Shown one piece after another: positions 8,207-18,108 of a DNA stretch of 64,000 nucleotides. Location: positions 190 to 64,189 of the forward strand of contig JAJPHZ010000007.1 of the NCBI GenBank assembly GCA_021325025.1, given 5' to 3'. The notes under the pieces were generated by a model. It was not told where the DNA came from, did no database searches, and saw only the letters and a program-made list of their open reading frames with translations. Position numbers and translations under genes: made by a program. Each line of letters begins with the position of its first letter. Position 1 is the first letter of the stretch. Source of the stretch: Pseudomonadota bacterium (GTDB lineage Bacteria; Desulfobacterota; Binatia; Binatales; Binataceae).

Positions 8207-9658
8207 TCATGCGCTTGCGCCTGCCTGTTCGGAAGCCGCCTGCAGGTGGCCCTCGCGCACCGCTTTTACAAACAGTTTATAATCGCGCTCGGTCTGATCG
8301 GCGTAGTCAAGCGCGAACTGAGCGACTGCCGTATCGAAGGTGTCTTTGGTCCCGAGATAACCGGAAATCTCCGGTGCGCCGCCTGAACGGGCGTGCGCCT
8401 GGGCGAGGACCTGGCCGCATCGCACCCCGTAGTTCCTGAACACCAGGGGCTTCATCTCATGCACCAGCGGAGCGATCTTCATGTCGCGCAACTGGCGGAC
8501 GTAGAAATCGCGCCCACGCATGTCGCCGTGCGTCCAGCCCAGCAGCATGTCGCCCGCCGATTGCATCAGGCGCTGTCCCGCCGCCACGCGCTGGCCGTGG
8601 TTGGGGTATGCGCTCGGGCCCGCGTAAGGCTCCAGCACCGAAGCTCTGGCTTCCTTGAACTGAAGAAACAGCGGGTCGTTCTCGGCGGCCATGAACAGGG
8701 CGACGGCGCAGGTTGTGCCGACGCTGCCGACCCCGACCACCTTGAGCGCGACGTCGCACAGTTGGAAGCGCTCGAACAGGGCGCGGCAATGGTCGGGCAG
8801 CGAGCGGCGGTAAAGTTCCAGCGCCGTGCTCATCGCCTCCTGAAATTCCCGGCTGCGCTGGCGTTCGGAATGGAAGATCAGCGGCGGATTGTCCTTGATA
8901 CGCGGGATGGAGCCGCTATTTTCGGCCAGCCGGGGGAAGTCGTGGTCGTAAGCTCCGCGCCGGCGCGCCTTTTCGATCCGTGTCCGCAAAAATTTCTGAT
9001 GGCGTTTGTCCTGCATCTCGGCGACGAACTGATCGGCATCGCCCCTGTGGTACCAGATTTCCAACTGGCGCATGCGCGCAAACTGCGCCATCTGCTCGCG
9101 ATATGCACCCACCACCGCGGCGGCGGCGCCGGCGCATCCGTCCCGATCCAGACCAAGCTGGCGCCCTGCAACGGCGAAACTTGCGGCCAGCCGCTTGACA
9201 TCCCATTCGAACGGCGCCGGCAGTGTTTCGTCGAAGTCGTTGATGTCGAAGATGAGCCGGCGCTCGGGCGTGGCGAAGCCGCCGAAGTTGAGCAGATGGC
9301 AGTCGCCGCAGGCCTGGACGCGGATGCCGCTGGAGGGGGTACGCGCGAGGTCGGCCGCCATGATGGCCGCCGCGCCGCGGAAAAAAGCGAATGCCGATGG
9401 CAGCATCCGCCCGTGTCGAATCGGTACGAGGTGCGGCAGGCGTCCGTGGTTGGACGCGATCAGAAGCTCGATCGGGTCGGCCCGGTCCGCCGGCGCCGTC
9501 CACCCGGCATGACTGCGGCGCGGCACCGCTTCGCGCAGCGCCTTGCCCGCCGCACGGCGCTGTTCAGGAGATTGGTAAGGTGCGGTTGTGAGATCGGCAG
9601 AGGGCGCTTCGCCGCTGCGCGCCAAAGTCGCGTTCTGATGCATCGTCCACGTGACCAT
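8207..9658 (-). CDS. DUF2252 family protein (kinase-like fold)
   Basis: LVPIRHGRM..SAFAFFRG, CGDCHLLNFG, FDINDFDE, KVVGVGSVG, DFYVRQLRDMK. Confidence 0.92.
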   Translation of the reverse strand: MVTWTMHQNATLARSGEAPSADLTTAPYQSPEQRRAAGKALREAVPRRSHAGWTAPADRADPIELLIASNHGRLPHLVPIRHGRMLPSAFAFFRGAAAIMAADLARTPSSGIRVQACGDCHLLNFGGFATPERRLIFDINDFDETLPAPFEWDVKRLAASFAVAGRQLGLDRDGCAGAAAAVVGAYREQMAQFARMRQLEIWYHRGDADQFVAEMQDKRHQKFLRTRIEKARRRGAYDHDFPRLAENSGSIPRIKDNPPLIFHSERQRSREFQEAMSTALELYRRSLPDHCRALFERFQLCDVALKVVGVGSVGTTCAVALFMAAENDPLFLQFKEARASVLEPYAGPSAYPNHGQRVAAGQRLMQSAGDMLLGWTHGDMRGRDFYVRQLRDMKIAPLVHEMKPLVFRNYGVRCGQVLAQAHARSGGAPEISGYLGTKDTFDTAVAQFALDYADQTERDYKLFVKAVREGHLQAASEQAGASA

Positions 9659-9869
9659 CGGCTAAGCAACCGTCATTGCCGTCTACCCACATTCAGATAG
9701 CCCAACCTCAGAGTTGCGGTAAAGTTTCGCCAAGGGCGACGGCAGCGCCGGTGATCGGGCCCAGCGATGCGGGAACCGATCGACTGCTGTCTGAACAACG
9801 CGGTCAAGCAAAGGTCGCCGCAGGCGCAACCGCACCCGGGCCGTTGTGGCCGGCCGCCCGCGACTTCGT

Positions 9870-11600
9870 TTACGCCTCGGCTTCGGCGCCGATGTAGCCT
9901 TCGCGCTCCAGGTGCAGGATGATCTGCTGGGCGGCTTCGTCGGGGCTGAGCTCCGAAGTGTCGATCACCAGCTCGGCATCATCAGGGGATTCGTAGGGAT
10001 CGGAAATGCCGGTGAACTCCTTGACGATGCCGGCGCGCGCCTTGGCGTAAAGGCCCTTGCGGTCGCGCCCTTCGCAGACCTCCAACGGTGTGGCAACGTG
10101 CACCAGCACGAAGCCGCCGCCCTCCTCGACCATCCGGCGCACTTCCTTGCGCACGCTGTCGTAGGGGGCGATGGGCGCGCAGATGGCGATGCCGCCGTTT
10201 TTGGTGATTTCGGCGGCCACGAAGCCGATGCGCCGGATGTTGATGTCGCGATGCTCCTTGGAAAAGCCCAGCTCCGAGGACAGATGCTTGCGCACCAGGT
10301 CGCCGTCAAGCAGCGTCACCGGGCGCCCGCCGATCTCCAGGAACTTGACCAGCAGCGCATTGGCGATCGTCGATTTGCCCGAGCCTGACAGCCCGGTGAA
10401 GAACACGGTGAAGCCCTGGCGATGGCGCGGTGGATAGCTGCGTTTGAGCTCCCTGGCCACTTCGGGAAAAGTGAACCAGTGCGGAATCTCGCGTCCTTCG
10501 TTAAGGCGCCGTCGCAGTTCGGTGCCCGAGATGTTCAGTTCGCGCATGCCCTTGGGAATCTCGTCCTCGGGCACGAAGGTATCGAGCTCCTCGATGTAAA
10601 CCACCATGCGGAAGGGCACCACGCCGACCCCGACTTCGTCCTGATGCTTGAGCAGCAGTTCCTGCGCCTCGTAGGGGCCGTAAAAAGGCTTGCCGCAGGA
10701 ATCCTTGCCCGGCCCGGCGTGGTCGCGGCCGATGATGAAGTCGGTGCATCCGTAATTCTTGCGAATCAGCGCGTGCCAGACCGCTTCGCGCGGTCCGCCC
10801 ATGCGCATCGCCAGCGGCAGCAGCGCCAGCTTCACCGTGCCGTGCGGATAATGGGGCAGCAGCGCCTGGTAACATCTAACCCGCGTGTAGTGATCTACGT
10901 CTCCCGGTTTAGTCATCCCGACCACCGGATGGATCAGCAGGTTGGCTTCCACGCTCTTGGCGGCGCGCAGCGTCAGTTCGGCGTGCGCGCGATGCATCGG
11001 GTTGCGGGTCTGAAACGCGACAATCCGGCGCCATCCAAGCCGCAGAAACTCAGCCCGCAGTTCGGCCGGCGTAAGGCGCAGCGCGCGATAGTCATAATGG
11101 ATGGGCAGTTCCAGTGTCTCCAGCCGTCCGCCCACGTAGCAGGGATGGCTGCGCTGGAGCAGATGGGCCACCCCCGGATGCTCAGGGTTGGTGGTGCCGA
11201 ACACCGACTGCGCTTCCGCCTTGAGGTCGGGCTTCCAGACGTCTTCCACATGCAGCGCCGCCAGCATCACGCCTTCCGGATCGCGCAGCGCCAGGAGGTC
11301 GCCCCGGCTGAGCCTGGCGGCCAGCTCTTCGGGCACATCCAGCGTGATCGGCATCGGCCACAACGTGCCGTCGGTCAGACGCATCCGCTCGCAGACCGAG
11401 TCGTAATCGGCGCGGGTCAGAAACCCGCGCAGCGGCGAAAACCCGCCGTTGGCCAGCAGCTCCAGGTCGCACAGTTGCCGTGGTGTCAGGTCCCACGAAG
11501 GCCAATCCTTGGAGGCCGCTTTCAACTCGGCCGCCCGATCGGGCCCAACGATCAGACTGACAAGAGTGCCGCCGTGCGGAGCGATGAGCGTATGCGCCAT
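9870..11600 (-). CDS. sat: Bifunctional sulfate adenylyltransferase / adenylylsulfate kinase (Sat-CysC fusion)
   Basis: FQTRNPMHRAH, GRDHAG in the ATP sulfurylase domain; C-terminal P-loop FTGLSGSGKST, LDGD.VR, FTGISDPYE. Confidence 0.96.
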   Translation of the reverse strand: MAHTLIAPHGGTLVSLIVGPDRAAELKAASKDWPSWDLTPRQLCDLELLANGGFSPLRGFLTRADYDSVCERMRLTDGTLWPMPITLDVPEELAARLSRGDLLALRDPEGVMLAALHVEDVWKPDLKAEAQSVFGTTNPEHPGVAHLLQRSHPCYVGGRLETLELPIHYDYRALRLTPAELRAEFLRLGWRRIVAFQTRNPMHRAHAELTLRAAKSVEANLLIHPVVGMTKPGDVDHYTRVRCYQALLPHYPHGTVKLALLPLAMRMGGPREAVWHALIRKNYGCTDFIIGRDHAGPGKDSCGKPFYGPYEAQELLLKHQDEVGVGVVPFRMVVYIEELDTFVPEDEIPKGMRELNISGTELRRRLNEGREIPHWFTFPEVARELKRSYPPRHRQGFTVFFTGLSGSGKSTIANALLVKFLEIGGRPVTLLDGDLVRKHLSSELGFSKEHRDINIRRIGFVAAEITKNGGIAICAPIAPYDSVRKEVRRMVEEGGGFVLVHVATPLEVCEGRDRKGLYAKARAGIVKEFTGISDPYESPDDAELVIDTSELSPDEAAQQIILHLEREGYIGAEAEA

Positions 11601-11804
11601 GAACAGATCCTCTTATGCTTTGTCGAAGTTGATCCGGCCTCTACGGCCGCGGACCACCTGAAGCTGCACGATTGTAGCCCGAATCTCCCGGCCAAACGAG
11701 AAGCGGGGTGGCCGGCCGAAGCCGGACCGCAAAGCCGGCGCCGCGCCTGCAGCTCCCCGGTGTGAGCAGGGCTGCCCGGGGAGAACCGGGCAGCCCGCTT
11801 GCTT

Positions 11805-13220
11805 TTACACCCGAATCGATTCGTCGCGTTTGGGCGCGCGCTTGAGTGCTTCCCAATCCACCAGCGGTTCGTATTTGGTGCCGACCACGAATGGGCGCGA
11901 GCCAGGCTCGCGCTCGAACGGGTCGACGATACCCAACTCCTTGGCGTACTCGCGCAATTCCGGCAGGATTTCCTGGCCCATCAGCCGCATGCTGTTGAGC
12001 CGCTGCTCCTTGGTCAGCGGACCCTGGGCCTGGAACAGCCCCAACACACCCGGACGCAGCACCTCCATGATCAACTTCAGTTTGGGCAGGACGGATTTGG
12101 GCGTGCCGATAATGATCTGAAATCCGGCCTGCGCCTTGCCGTAATTGGCCAGAATCTTGGCCTTGGCCTCCTCGATGCCGATCTCGCCGCGCGCCAACCG
12201 ATGGCGGGTGTCGGCCTGGCGCTTCTCCGCACGCCGTCTTGCGCGCTCCTCGGGCGATTCCTCCTCGCGCGAGCGTTTGAGCGTCTCGGAGGTGATGCCC
12301 AAAAAGCCGTAGTCGCTCTGCGACTGGAACAGGCGGCGATTAGCCTCCTTGGAGTTGTAGCCCGGCGGCAGGGTCCATTCCGGACGCGAGAAGTTGGCAC
12401 CGCCGCCGCCGAACAGCGCCGCCTTGCCCTGCTCCTGCGCCTCCTCTTCGGTGTCGGCCAGATGGACCTGTTGCAGGTAGCCGAAGTTCTCGCTGCCTGC
12501 CTGATAGCCGTGCTCGGCGGCGACCTTGCCGTAGAGGTTCCACAGGTCGACGGTCAGATGCAGCGAGGTGCCCAACCCGATGTAGGGATACTTGCGCTCC
12601 GCGCACCAGGTTACGGTCTCGCCGCTGATGATGCCGGGAATCCAGATCGGCGGACGCGGCTTTTGATACGGCAGCGTCCACGGATTGACGAAGCGATAGG
12701 TGAAGTGCTTGCCCTCCCATCGGAACGGACCCGGCCGCGTCCAGCACGCCAGCACCAGGTCGTGTGCCTCGTTGAAGTACTCGCGATTGTAGGCGGGGTT
12801 GGCGTTGTGGAAGACCTGCTCGCTGCCCGCGCCCCGCACCCATCCGGGGACCAGGCGGCCGTGCGAAATCAGGTCGATGGTGGCCAACTCCTCGGCCAGG
12901 CGCACCGGATTCTTGACGATCGGCAGCGGATTACCCAGCAGCACGATGCGCACCTTCCTGGTGATGCGCGCCAGGATCGCCGCCTCCACGTCCATCACGC
13001 CGCCCATGCAAAAGGGCGTGCCGTGATGCTCGTTGAGCATCACCCCGTCAAATCCCAGTTCCTCGGCGTAGACCGCCTCGTCGAGATACTCGTTGTAAAG
13101 GCGCGCGCCGACCTCGCGGTCGAAGTACTGGTTGGGGGTGCCGAAAAAGCTGCGGCTGCGGATGATTTCTTCTTCGGGAACCTCGCGGTAGGGACGCTCG
13201 GTGAAATACATTATGAACAT
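11805..13220 (-). CDS. LLM class flavin-dependent oxidoreductase (luciferase-like)
   Basis: AEELGFDGVMLNEHH, NPVRLAEELATIDLISHGRL..G..RG, PYQKPRPPIW. Confidence 0.9.
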   Translation of the reverse strand: MFIMYFTERPYREVPEEEIIRSRSFFGTPNQYFDREVGARLYNEYLDEAVYAEELGFDGVMLNEHHGTPFCMGGVMDVEAAILARITRKVRIVLLGNPLPIVKNPVRLAEELATIDLISHGRLVPGWVRGAGSEQVFHNANPAYNREYFNEAHDLVLACWTRPGPFRWEGKHFTYRFVNPWTLPYQKPRPPIWIPGIISGETVTWCAERKYPYIGLGTSLHLTVDLWNLYGKVAAEHGYQAGSENFGYLQQVHLADTEEEAQEQGKAALFGGGGANFSRPEWTLPPGYNSKEANRRLFQSQSDYGFLGITSETLKRSREEESPEERARRRAEKRQADTRHRLARGEIGIEEAKAKILANYGKAQAGFQIIIGTPKSVLPKLKLIMEVLRPGVLGLFQAQGPLTKEQRLNSMRLMGQEILPELREYAKELGIVDPFEREPGSRPFVVGTKYEPLVDWEALKRAPKRDESIRV

Positions 13221-13240
13221 GACGGTCTCCTTTTAGCCGG

Positions 13241-14035
13241 TCAGGCGAGAAACTCGCGCACCGTCTTTAAAAACTGCTCTCGCTGTTCGATTTCGGGCCG
13301 ATGACCGCAATGGTCGAACACCGCAACCCTGACCTCGGTATTGGCCAGCGCTTTCTGGTATGCGGCGGCGGCGCTGACCGGCACCACCCGGTCCTCGCGT
13401 CCCCAGATGAGCTGCACCGGAAGATTCCGCACACCCTGCAAAAGGTAGGGAAGACTGGGATTGTTGAGGATTGGCTCCCAGGCCAGCCGTGCGGTTTCGG
13501 CGCGCGCGTCCTCAAACGCTTCCATGCGCGACGCCGAGCGCTCGCCGCCGCCGTACAGGCTGTTGAATTCCGGCGTCGCGTCGCGGTCATAGACGGTGGC
13601 GTTGAGCTGCGAGCCGATCGTGACGCAGAAGATGTCCATGATTTCGCCTTCGGGCGGCCGGATGCCCATCGGCGCCACCAGCACCATCTTGCGGAACTGG
13701 CCGGCGTTGGCGGTCGCCATCTCCGCGGCCGTCCACGCGCCGAAGGAGAAGCCGATCACATCGATCGGCGCCAGCCCCAGGTCGCGCAGCACCCATCCGT
13801 AGAACAAGCCCAACTGATGCACCGTCCTGATGTCATCGACCCGGGGCGAATTGCCCATCCCGGGCTGGATGGGAATGATCAGGGTGCGCTCTTCGGCCAA
13901 CGCGTCGTGCCAGTTGAGCCATCCGGGATGCCCAAGCTCTTCGTGCAGCACCAGCAACGGCTTGCCGCGCCCGCCTTTGATTATTGCGAGGTCGGTCCCC
14001 GCCACGCGGGTGACTTCCTCTTTCCATTCTGCCAT
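13241..14035 (-). CDS. Alpha/beta fold hydrolase
   Basis: Nucleophile elbow GFSFGA, IWGRED, CGHRPEIE; GGAGG RBS upstream of ATG 14035; 20 nt from the LLM gene. Confidence 0.88.
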   Translation of the reverse strand: MAEWKEEVTRVAGTDLAIIKGGRGKPLLVLHEELGHPGWLNWHDALAEERTLIIPIQPGMGNSPRVDDIRTVHQLGLFYGWVLRDLGLAPIDVIGFSFGAWTAAEMATANAGQFRKMVLVAPMGIRPPEGEIMDIFCVTIGSQLNATVYDRDATPEFNSLYGGGERSASRMEAFEDARAETARLAWEPILNNPSLPYLLQGVRNLPVQLIWGREDRVVPVSAAAAYQKALANTEVRVAVFDHCGHRPEIEQREQFLKTVREFLA

Positions 14036-14215
14036 CTGATGAAGGACCTCCGTTTTCGATCGCCGCGCAGAAACAGGCTCTGACGCCGCGTTGTTCAAGA
14101 GCTGGTACTTCACCTTTATACTTGGCTGCGCTCTTTTCGGCCAGCCATCGCCGCCGGCGCGCCGCTTGGCAGGCGGGGCCGTTGCGGACTAAGAAATCCA
14201 CGGAGGTAACAGGCG

Positions 14216-14977
14216 ATGGCAAAGAGCGAGCGTGTAGCGATCGTAACCGGAGCGGCGCGGCCGTGGGGACTGGGGCGATGCACCGCGCTGGGCCTGGCGG
14301 CCAAGGGCTTCGATATCGCGGTGGTGGACATGAGGGATGATTGGGGCGAGGAGGCGGCAGCCGCCATCAGAAGAGAGAAGGAAACCAAAGCGGCCTATGT
14401 GAAAACCGACCTGCGCCAGCGCAGCGACGTCGAAGCGATGGTGGCGCGGGTGATCCGCGAGTTCGGGCGAATCGACGTGCTCGCCAACGTGGCCGCAATC
14501 TGTCCCAGCGAGCGCATCGAAGACCTGAAGGAAGAGACCTACGAGCAGGTCTTCCGTACCAACTTCCTGGGCACCGCGTTTACCTGTCAGGCGGTGCTCA
14601 AGCAGATGCGCGCGCAAAAGGGCGGACACATCGTCAATACCGCGTCGGGCGGCGCGATCACACCCTACGCAGGCCTGGCACTGTACGGCGCCGCCAAGGC
14701 CGCCGTGATTCAATTCAGCAAGGTGCTGGCGTTCGAAGAGGCGAAAAACGGCATCGTGGTGACCGTCGTCGCGCCCGGCCCGATGCATACCGCGATGGGG
14801 CGCGAGTCGGGTCCCACCGAGGAAGATCTGAAGCAACTGGGTCAAACGATGCCGCTGGGCCGTCCCTGCTATCCCGAAGAAGTCGCCGAGGTAATCGTGT
14901 TTGCCGCCACCAACTCCAGCAACGTGCTGACCGGCCAGACCCTGCATGCGCGCGGCGGCGCCTTGCCGATGGTGTGA
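14216..14977 (+). CDS. SDR family NAD(P)-dependent oxidoreductase
   Basis: VTGAARPWGLG, NTAS, YGAAK catalytic motif, VAPG. Confidence 0.9.
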   Translation: MAKSERVAIVTGAARPWGLGRCTALGLAAKGFDIAVVDMRDDWGEEAAAAIRREKETKAAYVKTDLRQRSDVEAMVARVIREFGRIDVLANVAAICPSERIEDLKEETYEQVFRTNFLGTAFTCQAVLKQMRAQKGGHIVNTASGGAITPYAGLALYGAAKAAVIQFSKVLAFEEAKNGIVVTVVAPGPMHTAMGRESGPTEEDLKQLGQTMPLGRPCYPEEVAEVIVFAATNSSNVLTGQTLHARGGALPMV

Positions 14978-15012
14978 TTCGACGCTGCTGCAATCTACCG
15001 CCGGACAGGAAA

Positions 15013-15486
15013 TCAGGCCCGCTTGATTTCCAGGAACTCGACGAACGTGCCGTCAGGGTCCTTGATGAAGGCGAAGCGGGTCGTGCCCCAACTCAGATGC
15101 AGCGTTTCGGGGCCATAGGTGACTGCGATGCCCTTGGCGCGCACGTCGGCGAGTTCCTGGTCGAGGTCGTCGACCAGAAACGAGATACGCACCACTCCGG
15201 CCTGATTGAACTTCGGCGGTGAGGCGGGCGCGGCCAGCTTGCCCGGCTTCCAGACGCCGACCTCCAGATGATAGTCGTCGTCAGGCAACCGCAGCATCAC
15301 GAATTCGTCGGCGTCGCCCAGCGGGTCGGCGCCCATTTTCGCGGCGAAATCGCTGACCGGATTGACGGGGGCTCCCGCCCTTTGCTTGAAACCGGGATCC
15401 TCGACGAAGCCCAGCTTTTTGTAGAACTCCACACAGGCCCCGGGATCCCCGGTATTGAGCTGATTGAGGAACATCCTTTTGGCCAT
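15013..15486 (-). CDS. VOC/glyoxalase family protein
   Basis: EFYKKLGF, ISFLVDDLD, FIKDPDGTFVEF; GGAG RBS. Confidence 0.82.
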   Translation of the reverse strand: MAKRMFLNQLNTGDPGACVEFYKKLGFVEDPGFKQRAGAPVNPVSDFAAKMGADPLGDADEFVMLRLPDDDYHLEVGVWKPGKLAAPASPPKFNQAGVVRISFLVDDLDQELADVRAKGIAVTYGPETLHLSWGTTRFAFIKDPDGTFVEFLEIKRA

Positions 15487-15636
15487 TGCTGTGTCTCCTC
15501 GTTCGCCTGACGATCGACCTGTCCGCCGGTACCGGCGGCGCAACCCGCGCCCCTTTCAAACCGGCCCCGCTTTGGTATGCTCGCAACGTCAGCATCAGGT
15601 GGGACGAAACGTAACCGATTTTGGAGGTTTGCCGCT

Positions 15637-16710
15637 ATGAAAGTCGGCGCGTCGATATTCTGCCAGAACTTTTACCGCACCCAGCGTCCCGACCCCGACA
15701 TCTACCGCGAGGACCTCGCGCTGGCCGATCTGGCCGAGCCGCTGGGCTTCGATTCCCTGTGGGCGGTCGAGCATCACTTCTCGCCCTACACCATGATCCC
15801 CGACGTCACCCAGTTCCTGTCCTACCTGTGCGGACGTACCAAGCGAATCGGTCTGGCCACGATGGTGATCGTGCTGCCCTGGCATGACCCGGTGCGGGTG
15901 GCGGAAGAAATCGCGATGCTCGATCTGTTCGCGCGCGACCGCGAACTGACCCTGGGCTTCGGGCGCGGCAGCGGCCGCATCGAGTACGAAGGCTTGCGCA
16001 TCCCGATGAGCGAGTCGCGCGAGCGTTTTGCCGAAGCCGCCGAAATCGTCAAGCTGGCGCTGACCCAGGAGCGGTTTTCATTTAACGGCCAGTTCTACAA
16101 GGTCCCGGAGATGACCATCCGCCCGCGGCCGCTGCACAACAACCTGACCGAACGCTTTTACGGCGCGATCGTCAGCCCAGAAAGCGGCGAAATCATGGCC
16201 AGGGCGGGCATGGGGATGCTGATCATCCCGCAAAAGCCCTGGAGCGAGCATGCCAAGGATTATCAGAGCTACCTGGGGTCGTGCCGCAAGTTCGGCCAGC
16301 CGGGCAAGCGTCCCATCGCGGTGACCTGGGTGTACTGCGCCAAGGATGAAAAGAGTGCCGAAATCGGCCGCGACAAGTGGATGGCCAACTACGGCGAGTC
16401 AGCGCTGGTGCACTACGAGTACAACGATCCGCAGCACTTCAAGGCCACCAAGGGCTATGAGTTCCACGCCAAAATGGCGGAGGCGATGTCATCGGGCAAA
16501 GGCGGCGACGCGACGCTGTTGGGCCGCACGCAATGCTTCGGCACGCCTGAGCGATGCCTGGAAGTGCTGCGCGAGATCAAGCAGACGGTCGATGCCGAGG
16601 AGTTTGTCGGGGTGTTCAAGTACGGCGGGATGCCGCTGGAAGAGGCAGAGCGTTCCATGAAGCTGTTCGCTGCTGAAGTGCTGCCCAAAGTCCACGCCGA
16701 GAATTTCTAG
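15637..16710 (+). CDS. LLM class flavin-dependent oxidoreductase
   Basis: AEPLGFDSLWAVEHHF, LPWHDPVRVAEEIAMLD, GFGRG; GGAGG RBS. Confidence 0.9.
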   Translation: MKVGASIFCQNFYRTQRPDPDIYREDLALADLAEPLGFDSLWAVEHHFSPYTMIPDVTQFLSYLCGRTKRIGLATMVIVLPWHDPVRVAEEIAMLDLFARDRELTLGFGRGSGRIEYEGLRIPMSESRERFAEAAEIVKLALTQERFSFNGQFYKVPEMTIRPRPLHNNLTERFYGAIVSPESGEIMARAGMGMLIIPQKPWSEHAKDYQSYLGSCRKFGQPGKRPIAVTWVYCAKDEKSAEIGRDKWMANYGESALVHYEYNDPQHFKATKGYEFHAKMAEAMSSGKGGDATLLGRTQCFGTPERCLEVLREIKQTVDAEEFVGVFKYGGMPLEEAERSMKLFAAEVLPKVHAENF

Positions 16711-16832
16711 CCGGACTCCGGCCGGCGATAGCGCACACCGCCAGCCCGCGATTGCGCCCCGGCGGTGTTCGAAACTGGCGCCCGAAGCCACCGCAGGCTG
16801 AATGGTGCGGCTGCGGGTCGGCCCGACACTCG

Positions 16833-17270
16833 CTATTGCGCTTTGCCTCTGACGGTCAGCACCGGACAAGGAGATTCGCGCACGACCCGCTCGGCGACGC
16901 TGCCCAAAAAGAAGCGGCTGACTCCCTTGCGCCCGTGCGTCGCCATCACGATCGAATCGGCGCCTACGTCGGCGACGGTCCTGATGATGACATGCGCCGG
17001 GTCCCCGCTCAGTGCCAGCATCTCGTACCTCACCTTGCCCGCCAGATGGGTCTCGGCCAGTTCCCGAAGTCGAGCCCGTGCGTCGTGCTCAGTCTGCGGA
17101 AACGGCTCCAACGGAATCGGGCTTACCGGCACCGGCGGTGTGGGCACTACATGCAGCAGGTAGATGACGGCGTCCTTGTCCTGGGCCAGCGTGCGCGCCA
17201 CTTCAAGGGCGGCAATAGAGTTTTCGTCAAAGCTGACCGGACACAGAATTTTGTTGAATAGTTTCTTCAT
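16833..17270 (-). CDS. Universal stress protein (UspA family)
   Basis: KILCPVSF, LLHV, IVMATHGRKG..RFFLGSVAERVVR..PCPVLTV. Confidence 0.95.
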   Translation of the reverse strand: MKKLFNKILCPVSFDENSIAALEVARTLAQDKDAVIYLLHVVPTPPVPVSPIPLEPFPQTEHDARARLRELAETHLAGKVRYEMLALSGDPAHVIIRTVADVGADSIVMATHGRKGVSRFFLGSVAERVVRESPCPVLTVRGKAQ

Positions 17271-17278
17271 GATGTGTC

Positions 17279-17857
17279 CTATCGTCGGGCTGGTTTCGCG
17301 GCCCGTGTCCTGGGTTTCCTTTTGGCCGCGCCCGGGCGGATCCGTTCCGCCCTGGGTATGGCAAACTCTTCCTCGCCGCTGGGCACCGGAACAAACTCGT
17401 CGTGTGACGTCTCGGTGGTTTCACTCATCTCTTCGGGCAGTTCCCACTGATGGATGAACGGTTCATCAATCCAGGGTTTGCCCGACCGCGTCAGGTGGTT
17501 GCGCTTTCTCTGACAATCGACACAGTAGCCGGCAAAGGGCAGGGCCTTGAGGCGCTCTAGCGGAATCTCTTCGCCGCATTGCGCGCAGATTCCGTAGCGG
17601 CCATGTTCGAGGCGATCGAAGGCAAAATCGATCGCCTTGAGCCGGTCTTCAACGCGTTCGATCAGGCTGGCGTGGGTTTCGAGGTCGGCCAACGAGCGCG
17701 CCACGTCCATCTCATCGCCCGGTGGCGGCGTCACCTCCTGATCCTGGTCGCGCCGGTATTCCCGCACGCGCGCCAGCGCCAGATTGCGTTCGTGGTTGAG
17801 AATCGCGCGCAGTGACTCGCGCCGCCCGACTTCCGATGGCTGTTGTTCTGTGGTCAT
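17279..17857 (-). CDS. TraR/DksA C4-type zinc finger protein with long C-terminal tail
   Basis: Coiled-coil tip GDEMDVA (DxxDxA), YGICAQCGEEIPLERLKALP..YCVDCQ. Confidence 0.88.
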   Translation of the reverse strand: MTTEQQPSEVGRRESLRAILNHERNLALARVREYRRDQDQEVTPPPGDEMDVARSLADLETHASLIERVEDRLKAIDFAFDRLEHGRYGICAQCGEEIPLERLKALPFAGYCVDCQRKRNHLTRSGKPWIDEPFIHQWELPEEMSETTETSHDEFVPVPSGEEEFAIPRAERIRPGAAKRKPRTRAAKPARR

Positions 17858-18108
17858 ATTCCGCACCTGCTCAGGGTATAGCCCCGCCAGGAGCATTTGA
17901 GCACCAACCATGCCAGAGCGGCGCTTGTCCGTGCGGCTGGGGCATCAAAGCTTGCCGTCGCGCGAGCCAACCAAAGATGGTTCGAATCGCGACACCATAG
18001 GGGGTGCTGTTTCCTCCGGCATCACCGTCGCGCTGGTGCGGGAGTGAATCTTCCCGGAACTTGTGGCATGAGATTAGCTTGGATAGATGCTGGAAGGCGG
18101 TAGAGACG

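Noticed and set aside
8393-11765. Long plus-strand ORFs (435 and 447 aa) opposite DUF2252 and sat
   Set aside because: Antisense shadows typical of high-GC coding DNA. The same applies to 11799..13304, 60622..61767, 62325..63908 and most other overlapping ORFs in the track.
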